A stretch of 63,626 bases of DNA, the filler included, from Thraustochytrium aureum (taxonomy: Eukaryota): assembly GCA_012862495.1 (NCBI GenBank). It is 5 parts of 4 records of this genome, joined end to end, with 100 filler letters (N's around TTAATTAATTAA, not from the genome) between each part and the next. Parts side by side here need not be neighbours in the genome. Positions count along the whole stretch, not along the records: positions 48,735 to 59,529 come from BLSG01000041.1; positions 59,630 to 63,626 come from BLSG01000049.1; 3 more parts are not named here. One strand, written 5' to 3'. Every line of letters starts with the position of its first letter. Position 1 is the stretch's first letter. Below the pieces are notes generated by a model. It was not told where the DNA came from, did not search any database, and worked only from the letters and a program-made list of their open reading frames with translations. Below, piece after piece: positions 55,952 to 63,626 of this stretch. Made by a program: the position numbers and the translations under genes.

Positions 55952-56362
55952 CGCAATCGCTTGAGTCGACACTTCCTTCTCCCTCCCCTTTGCTGGTGCC
56001 GCCCGTTGTCCGGTTCGAATGTGCCGGCGCTGGCTGTGCTCCTGATCGAAACAACAACAAGCAAACCTCTCTAGAAGAGCGCTCTCGCTACTCTCTAGCT
56101 GGAGAGTAGGTTGGGATGGGATGGGATGGCTTTGGCAGTTCCTGGACTCGGACCGTGCAAAGAGCAAGCCTGCAACCGCGCTCTCGTCCCAGCCGGGGCG
56201 ACATAGGTGCGTGCTCAAGGAAGGAAGGAGAGAATGCAGGAGAGGGATTAGGATGCGCCAGACCAGCCCGGAGCGAGCAGGCCGCGAGGCGGCCGCGCCT
56301 CGCAGGCTCTAATCTCAAGTCTCTCGCTGAGCTGCAGAGTAGCAAGTGAGATGGCCTGGCCC

Positions 56363-57185
56363 TTAAAGGCCGAGAAGCAGGCGTTGCGGGTCCTCGACCT
56401 TCTCCTTGATGGACTTGAGGAATGTCACCGATTCGCGGCCTGCGAACGCCCCGCTCGTCAGTCGCCTGCCGCTTGGCATACTCCTGCCCCAGCAACAATC
56501 GAAATCGCCAGCCAATAAAATCACAAGCAACGAGAAGGCTGAAAGACACCCGAGCACGGCGCAAAAACTTACCGTCGATGAGGCGATGGTCGTACGTGAG
56601 CGCGACGTACATCATCGGCCGCGAGACGACCTGGCCGTTGACAACAACGGCGCGCTCCTTGACACCGTGCATGCCGAGGATCGCAGACTGCGGCATGTTG
56701 AGCATCGGCGTGCTGAACAGCGAGCCGAAGACTCCGCCGTTGGTGATGGTGAACGTGCCGCCGGCCATCTCCTCCATCGACAGCTGGTCCTCGCGGGCCT
56801 TGCGGCCGTACTCGGCGATGGCGGCTTCGATGTCATGAAACTTCATGTTTTGCGTGTCGCGCAGCACAGGCACGACGAGGCCGCGCGGGGACGACACGGC
56901 GATGGAGATGTCGCAGTACTCGCGGTAGACGATCTCCTTGTCGTCGATAACGGCGTTCACCGCGGGGATCTCTTGCAGAGCCGCAGTGGCAGCTGCCACA
57001 AACGCAGACATAAACCCGAGCTTGACGCCGTGGGTCTTCTCGAACTGGTCCTTGTACTTGCTGCGCAGGTTCATGAGGCCGCTCATGTCCACTTCGTTGA
57101 ACGTCGTGAGGAGAGCGGCCGTGCCCTGCGCGTCAACGAGGCGCTCGGCGATCTTGCGTCGCATTGGCGAGAGCTTGACGCGCTT
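56363..57185 (-). CDS. DLST: Dihydrolipoamide succinyltransferase (E2 of 2-oxoglutarate dehydrogenase), catalytic domain; intron 56440-56572; 5' part in gap
   Basis: [44 protein letters not shown] and [14 protein letters not shown]. Splicing GTAAGT…GCAG gives [26 protein letters not shown]. Another donor CAG|GTAAGT at 57925 marks an upstream exon. Confidence 0.95.
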
Positions 57186-59079
57186 NNNNNNNNNNNNNNN
57201 NNNNNNNNNNNNNNNNNNNNNNNNNNNNNNNNNNNNNNNNNNNNNNNNNNNNNNNNNNNNNNNNNNNNNNNNNNNNNNNNNNNNNNNNNNNNNNNNNNNN
57301 NNNNNNNNNNNNNNNNNNNNNNNNNNNNNNNNNNNNNNNNNNNNNNNNNNNNNNNNNNNNNNNNNNNNNNNNNNNNNNNNNNNNNNNNNNNNNNNNNNNN
57401 NNNNNNNNNNNNNNNNNNNNNNNNNNNNNNNNNNNNNNNNNNNNNNNNNNNNNNNNNNNNNNNNNNNNNNNNNNNNNNNNNNNNNNNNNNNNNNNNNNNN
57501 NNNNNNNNNNNNNNNNNNNNNNNNNNNNNNNNNNNNNNNNNNNNNNNNNNNNNNNNNNNNNNNNNNNNNNNNNNNNNNNNNNNNNNNNNNNNNNNNNNNN
57601 NNNNNNNNNNNNNNNNNNNNNNNNNNNNNNNNNNNNNNNNNNNNNNNNNNNNNNNNNNNNNNNNNNNNNNNNNNNNNNNNNNNNNNNNNNNNNNNNNNNN
57701 NNNNNNNNNNNNNNNNNNNNNNNNNNNNNNNNNNNNNNNNNNNNNNNNNNNNNNNNNNNNNNNNNNNNNNNNNNNNNNNNNNNNNNNNNNNNNNNNNNNN
57801 NNNNNNNNNNNNNNNNNNNNNNNNNNNNNNNNNNNNNNNNNNNNNNNNNNNNNNNNNNNNNNNNNNNNNNNNNNNNNNNNNNNNNNNNNNNNNNNNNNNN
57901 NNNNNNNNNNNACCCGCATACTTACCTGACTGAACCTGCGCGCGCGCTCCTGCTGCTGGATGCTGCTCTGCGCGCGCGTCTTGGCGCCGTTGCTCCACAG
58001 ACTCGTGCTGTCACAGAGCCTGTGGCAGTGCAAATGGCCAGAAAAGAAAACAATCGAGGGCCTTTGCGGCGCTCGAAATGCATGACACTTGTCCGCCAAT
58101 CACGCCGACCGCCGCAGCCCCGGCCGCGGAGAGGCGCGGCCTTGTGAGCCCCCTCGCTGCCTTGCGCGAGCGCGGCTGTGCGCTCGGCGGGTTTGCCGAA
58201 CGCGGATGACGCGGGCTGGAGGTGGTGGGAGGTTGGCCGTGTCTAGCCGGGAGTTTGTGACCTTGTTGACCTTGTCTTTGTTTTATGAAGGGCCGACCGA
58301 CCAAGCGCTCGAGCTTGCCAGCGGAAGCGATGCAAGCGCACGTCTTCATCAATGGATGGCGTGCTGAATACCTAGACCGGGGGCTGGCCGGTGAAGGACA
58401 ACGATTCGTGCCAGTGCTGAAAGGCCATCTTTCGTCAGGCTGTTGTCGTGATTCCGGCTCCAACGGGACAGGTCTGCGGTTGCTTCCGCGTGCGGCTTCT
58501 ATCGAGCGCAAGGGTGCCCCGTTTCAGATAAGGCGGCCCGGAGCCATTCATCGCACTGGCAGTCTCGTTCGAATGACACCACGGAAGGCTGTGCTTTGAA
58601 GATCATCAGCATGCTTGCGTGCGTGTACTCGAGTACTCTTGCTCCCATAGCTCCAGAGTTCACTCCCTTTTCATCTGCTTGACTCGACCAGAACAGATCC
58701 GAGAGTCGAGACGGAGTGCTTCTCACGAAGCTCTTCTGCGCCGCAGCTTCCGGAGCCGTACTGAGCGTTTGACGTGGAATGTGGCTCCGCGCATGCCACT
58801 CCTGGCTGTCGATCAGCGAAGCGCCCTGGCTCGAACGATCGCGACTTGTTTCGCTCCGGAACTAGCTGTTGGGCGACGGCGACTCGAGGAAATCCGCTGC
58901 CTCTGTCGCGTCGCTGGAGGCCGAATCCATCGGGCGCGACGAGATCGTGTCGCTCGGAGTGCGCAACTAGATTCCGGGGAGCTACTTCAATGACCCAAGT
59001 CCCTGAGGGAACCTGGGCTTCGTCGAAATGTCCTCGCATCATCCCATGGACTGCGGGGTCTGTTTCGTTTCGGCAAGGG

Positions 59080-59491
59080 GTTGTTGGTGCAACTATTTCG
59101 ATCCGAGGATCGTGTCATCATCGCAAGGCCATCGCAATGCTTTTGGTTGCCAGTCCGGGTCGGGGGCTCCTCAGCATGCGGCCTGAGCTGAATCATGAGC
59201 GGCAGGAATCTGGTCAACAGCGAAAGCGACGGCCCTCAGGCGGTGGCCGAATCGGAAAAAGGGTTCGCCTCTGGATCTCAATGATGCTCCTCAGGTTGGG
59301 TCGAATCCATCGCCGGTGTCGGCTACAAAGTCAAAGAAGAAGCGCCCATCCTGCGCAAACTCGGCCTTTGAGCGCTCGTCGTGCACGGCGGCGGTGGAGC
59401 GGATCGCGTCCGTGTCGCGCGGGTCGCCGCGAGTACATTTAGGGAGGTGAATCGCGGCATTTTCTCTGTCAGCCCCTCTGTCCTCCCCCAT
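59080..59491 (-). pseudogene. Degraded calcineurin-like metallophosphoesterase fragment
   Basis: FFFDFVADTGDGFDPT is followed immediately by a stop. Out-of-frame TGNQKHCDGLAMMTR resembles PGNHDWYDGL..F.R of the same family. Confidence 0.4.
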
Positions 59492-59529
59492 TGTCTAAAC
59501 GGAAAATCGGGATAAACTCTGCGGAGCGC

Positions 59530-59629
59530 NNNNNNNNNNNNNNNNNNNNNNNNNNNNNNNNNNNNNNNNNNNNTTAATTAATTAANNNNNNNNNNNNNNN
59601 NNNNNNNNNNNNNNNNNNNNNNNNNNNNN
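59530..59629. other. Artificial scaffold-joining spacer
   Basis: 44 N + TTAATTAATTAA (59574-59585) + 44 N. Confidence 0.97.
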
Positions 59630-61997
59630 GGACCAAGCGCTTGCTCTCCTCGGTCGCCTAGACCCGCGCACTGTGCAGCCCTGGCCTTCTCTTCACACCA
59701 GTCAACCGTTAGTTAGCCATTCGTCAAGCTCTGTCTCGCCTCTTGCGCAAGGCGACCAAGCACGATGCTGGCGGCCCGTCTCCTTTGGGGTTTGCGTGCT
59801 CAATAGCAAGTGCACGTGGCACGCCAGCCCAACACCACTCCATCCACCAACATTATCTAACATAGAATGATATCCACTGTACGTATCCATGTGCAGGTTG
59901 GCCAGCCTGTTTGCCAGTCTGCATCCTGTCGCTTTGCTCGCCGGCTGCTTGACTTTCGTCGTCCACCATCATCCCAAGACTGATGGGACAAAACCCGAAC
60001 TTACCATGCGCGAATGCAGCGATAGAACGCGAGAGGTTGGCGAGACAGCCAAAACCACTGAGAGTTGGGCTGGTCTTTCCTTTTCGTGTTGACGATCCAC
60101 GAGCTCCGTCTGAGATTGTGGCTTGTCAGAACACGAAATTTCATCTTGTTCGTGCTCAAGCCCGTGACGAGATCGATCTGAGCCCATGAGTAGGATTTGA
60201 GTTCCTTCAATAAGCGAACAAGAAGACATTGGCCTTGTTGACCAGAAGACATGTCGTCGCAGCGCCGTGTTGTGCCATGTTCGACGGTGGTCGCTGTCGA
60301 TTCATTCGTGGGGAGCTGGAGCGGTGAGCATTGAACTTGCGGGAGCGAGGTGGCCCAACTCTCTCCTGGCAAGATCACAGCCACTTCAGTTCATGTTATT
60401 TGCCACGGGGTTTGCCCACGATGTGCTCGCCTTGTCTTTGCCAGCCTCAGCTCAGCGGTATGTCTTCAAGTGCTACTTGCATTGCCTTTCCTGCGCTCCC
60501 AAAGGTATGAGAGAAATGGGTCTCGATGACTCGACGGCGAAGGAGCTAACAGAGCTGCCATACATTGTCTGACACGTGCCGCAAGAAATCCTTGGCGTCA
60601 GCAACCTCTGCCCACTCGGCTTTCCGGAGAGCGACGTCACTTCGGGCAATGCACTTGAGGTCGTCGCAGCCCAGCAGCACTTCATCCAAACCGTTTTCTT
60701 TTTTTACCAAGTCACTTGCGCTCTCGAAAGAGGTTCGCAATACTCTAGAGCAAGCTCGTCACGGGCGGCTAAGGCTGCTGGTGACAGAAGCTCCAAGCCC
60801 TGCTTGCTTGTCAGCGACCAACGCTTTGCTGCGTTCGGCTTCTGCTGTCAGAGAGTGAGTGCTTTGCTGCTATCGATGTCTGCGTCAGAGAGTGAGTGGT
60901 TTGATTCCTTNNNNNNNNNNNNNNNNNNNNNNNNNNNNNNNNNNNNNNNNNNNNNNNNNNNNNNNNNNNNNNNNNNNNNNNNNNNNNNNNNNNNNNNNNN
61001 NNNNNNNNNNNNNNNNNNNNNNNNNNNNNNNNNNNNNNNNNNNNNNNNNNNNNNNNNNNNNNNNNNNNNNNNNNNNNNNNNNNNNNNNNNNNNNNNNNNN
61101 NNNNNNNNNNNNNNNNNNNNNNNNNNNNNNNNNNNNNNNNNNNNNNNNNNNNNNNNNNNNNNNNNNNNNNNNNNNNNNNNNNNNNNNNNNNNNNNNNNNN
61201 NNNNNNNNNNNNNNNNNNNNNNNNNNNNNNNNNNNNNNNNNNNNNNNNNNNNNNNNNNNNNNNNNNNNNNNNNNNNNNNNNNNNNNNNNNNNNNNNNNNN
61301 NNNNNNNNNNNNNNNNNNNNNNNNNNNNNNNNNNNNNNNNNNNNNNNNNNNNNNNNNNNNNNNNNNNNNNNNNNNNNNNNNNNNNNNNNNNNNNNNNNNN
61401 NNNNNNNNNNNNNNNNNNNNNNNNNNNNNNNNNNNNNNNNNNNNNNNNNNNNNNNNNNNNNNNNNNNNNNNNNNNNNNNNNNNNNNNNNNNNNNNNNNNN
61501 NNNNNNNNNNNNNAAGTACGGTTGTCTGAGTTGGCACGGCCTCCGTGTTCAAAGAGATGCGCTCCCCATGCCTTTTGGCCCTACCTCCCGAGGATTGCAT
61601 GCTGGCGGTTGACGCATCGGCACATTGACACTTCGCGCAGCAGCAGCAGCAGCAGCAGCTCGTTCGCTTGGTGGGTTGCGAGGGCCGGCTCACCTCGTCT
61701 CGTTTCCCGTCCGTCGTTCTGCGCCGTCTGCGCTGGCCGGGCTGCCGGCCGAGCACGTGAAACGTTGTGCGAGGTGGTGCTGCCAGACCGCTGCGCTTGC
61801 CTCGTGCTCGTCGAGCTGGCCTGCCTGCCCGGCTAGGCCAAAGTGCGAGAGTTTATCGCTCGGCTTCAATTGGCTTGGCTCTGCTGGTGCTGGTGCTGGT
61901 GCTTGGTTGGCTGGCGCTTGAGCTAGAGCTTGGCGGGCAGCCTGGCCAAGCTTCGGCGACGCTTCAAGTTGGCGCCGGCCTCGACGCGGCTTGGCGG

Positions 61998-62888
61998 ATG
62001 CAGGCGCCGGATGCGAGGCTCCGAGAGCCAGAGGATGACGATGGGATTGCTAGCGATGATCTGATCGAGCTTGCGGATGGCGCTCTTGCGCGACTGGAGG
62101 TGGCTGATGCTGGACCGAGCCGCGCTGGCGCACGCGCGGACTTGCGCGCCGAGGTGCTCGCTGACGTGCTGGACAGCGTCGTGCTCGACGTGAGGCAGCA
62201 TGAGGCGGAGATTCTCAAGCGGAACAGCGAGCTCGAGAGGCAGGTCGCCGCGCTGCAAGCGTGGAAGGCTCGAGCGCTCCAGCGGACAGAAGCGCTGGAA
62301 CGGCGCCGCGTTGCGGTGATGCAAAAGGAGAGGGCGCTTCTGGAGCGCCTCGCCGCCATCGAAAAACGCGACGCCGCAAGCCTCGTTCGCGAGGAAAGGT
62401 CGCTGGGGCTCAACCCCACCCACCTGAAAAGAAAGCTCGAGGGAAACTTTGCTAGCGCAGTCCTCGAGTACATGGTGAGGTGCGAGGAGATCCTGGGCCA
62501 GCCCGACGGAGCCGCGCAGGCACGTCGCGGCCTGAACGAGTCAACGCCCTTTACGCGGATCCGCTTGGCCATGTCGGACCACCTGGACGGACTCGAGTCC
62601 GCGTACGAGAATCTCGTAGTTGGGTACCAAAAGGAGATTCGGGCTTTGCGAGACAGCGCGGAGGCAAAGGCTCCGGAGGGCAAGCAAGGCGGGTCCGCTA
62701 CGGCTTCGCTGCGCTTTCGGGAGAAGCGCGCGCAGCGGGACAAGGCCACCCTTATTGAAACTGTCGTTCAAGTTCAGAGCCTCTGCACAAAGCTGCGCTC
62801 TTCAGAGGAGTACAAACCTCTGCCGGATCTGGAAGCCATGGCGCAGATCCTCGAGCTTGCTCGGCAACGGTTCGTATCGGAAAAGTAG
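61998..62888 (+). CDS. Hypothetical coiled-coil protein
   Basis: Heptad-rich E/K/R/L/A sequence (ILKRNSELERQVAALQAWK…). Start placed at MQAPD. Confidence 0.6.
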   Translation: MQAPDARLREPEDDDGIASDDLIELADGALARLEVADAGPSRAGARADLRAEVLADVLDSVVLDVRQHEAEILKRNSELERQVAALQAWKARALQRTEALERRRVAVMQKERALLERLAAIEKRDAASLVREERSLGLNPTHLKRKLEGNFASAVLEYMVRCEEILGQPDGAAQARRGLNESTPFTRIRLAMSDHLDGLESAYENLVVGYQKEIRALRDSAEAKAPEGKQGGSATASLRFREKRAQRDKATLIETVVQVQSLCTKLRSSEEYKPLPDLEAMAQILELARQRFVSEK

Positions 62889-63098
62889 ATTCCTTTCGGT
62901 GGCCTGCACCAGGAGCTGCGCGATCGCAAGGACCCGCCGCGAAATAAACACCGCAGGCACTGAGCAGTACACATGGGCTTGCCCGTCTCTCAAATGCTCA
63001 AGCTCGAGCAAGCAAGAGCTACTCCAGCGAGAGGCCCCAGGGCCCAACTCCTCTACTCTACGCAAAAGAGCAATAGGTTGTAGAGCTTGCATGGAGCC

Positions 63099-63626
63099 CT
63101 ATAATGCAGCAGGGTCGCTGCCAAGGGCGCGCCCGGCCGCCCACGTGTTAAACTCCTCCGCCAAGCGCTCGCGGGAGCACTTTAGCGCCTGCGTGGAAAA
63201 ACCGGTCTCGGACTTGATCTCGCGCAGTGCCTCCACGGCAGCCTTGTACCGTTTCTTGGAGGCCTTGAGCTCCACGACCGTCTTTTCCTCGTGCGCGCCA
63301 TCCTCAAGGTGCGCCATTAGCTCGTCAATCCTTGCCTTGGCCGCGTTTGCTTCGCCGCGGACAGCCTTGGAGCGATGCTTAAGGCCAAGGAGGGCCTCCT
63401 TGGCCTCAGCAATGGCGCTGCTCAACTCCATGCCCACTACGTGGCCCGACTTGAAGGCTGCGAAGAGCGCTTCCCGCTCGGCCGGGGACACGGGCGCCGC
63501 TCGATCGGGTTCCTCCTGGACGTCGCCGAGCTGGCTTGCATCTCGCGCGCCCTGCTCAAGTCCGCGAGAGCTTGTTGTGTGCGGCTCGTCGGTCTCCGGA
63601 CCGGCTTGCCCCCACTGCACTGGCTC
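63099..63626 (-). CDS. Kinesin-9 (KIF6/KIF9-type) C-terminal domain (5' partial)
   Basis: EALFAAFKSG…G.EL…ANAAKARIDEL…EE…ELKASKKRYK…LREIKSE…SRERLAEEFNTW follows the KIF6/9 tail pattern. Confidence 0.7.
   Translation of the reverse strand, partial: EPVQWGQAGPETDEPHTTSSRGLEQGARDASQLGDVQEEPDRAAPVSPAEREALFAAFKSGHVVGMELSSAIAEAKEALLGLKHRSKAVRGEANAAKARIDELMAHLEDGAHEEKTVVELKASKKRYKAAVEALREIKSETGFSTQALKCSRERLAEEFNTWAAGRALGSDPAAL

Noticed and set aside
57918..57928. ATACTTACCTG, identical to the U1 snRNA 5' end
   Set aside because: No U1-70K loop, U1A loop or Sm site follows. It is the reverse complement of a consensus donor CAG|GTAAGTAT upstream in the minus-strand DLST gene.
13825..57998. Very long ORFs spanning N gaps (e.g. 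13825-16164, 49632-52991, 56088-57998)
   Set aside because: Length is inflated by X runs, and frame continuity across estimated gaps is unsupported.

Overview
GC-rich, intron-poor eukaryotic draft assembly, probably a stramenopile such as a thraustochytrid/labyrinthulomycete. This taxonomy is inferred from gene content, a kinesin-9 tail, and GTRAGT...CTRAC...YAG introns. The window is five unrelated scaffolds joined by artificial 100-nt spacers (44 N + TTAATTAATTAA + 44 N) at about 16.1, 32.0, 48.6 and 59.5 kb, with many internal N gaps, so neighbourhood across spacers means nothing. Recognisable genes: Tubby C-terminus, membrane-anchored GH114 glycosidase, Gal3ST-like sulfotransferase, PhoD, TKL kinase, a truncated P-loop protein, a vWA/mucin/multi-TM protein, a multi-TM class 3 lipase, an LRR protein start, DUF202, DUF4050, a divergent Rheb, a TPR-PDK1-like kinase-CPPED1-like fusion, a MAP3K start, NRAMP, DLST and a kinesin-9 tail. 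An internally deleted hAT transposon and a possible Plavaka/CMC-like transposase relic are also present. Many genes have frameshifts in homopolymer runs, most likely sequencing errors. The best leads are the spliced Rheb with N-terminal acylation motifs plus CaaL and altered G3/G4 motifs, the PhoD with a transmembrane hairpin inside its catalytic domain, and the vWA-stalk polytopic receptor-like protein. No CRISPR array, rRNA or tRNA was seen, and no clear multi-gene novel system is demonstrable from sequence alone.
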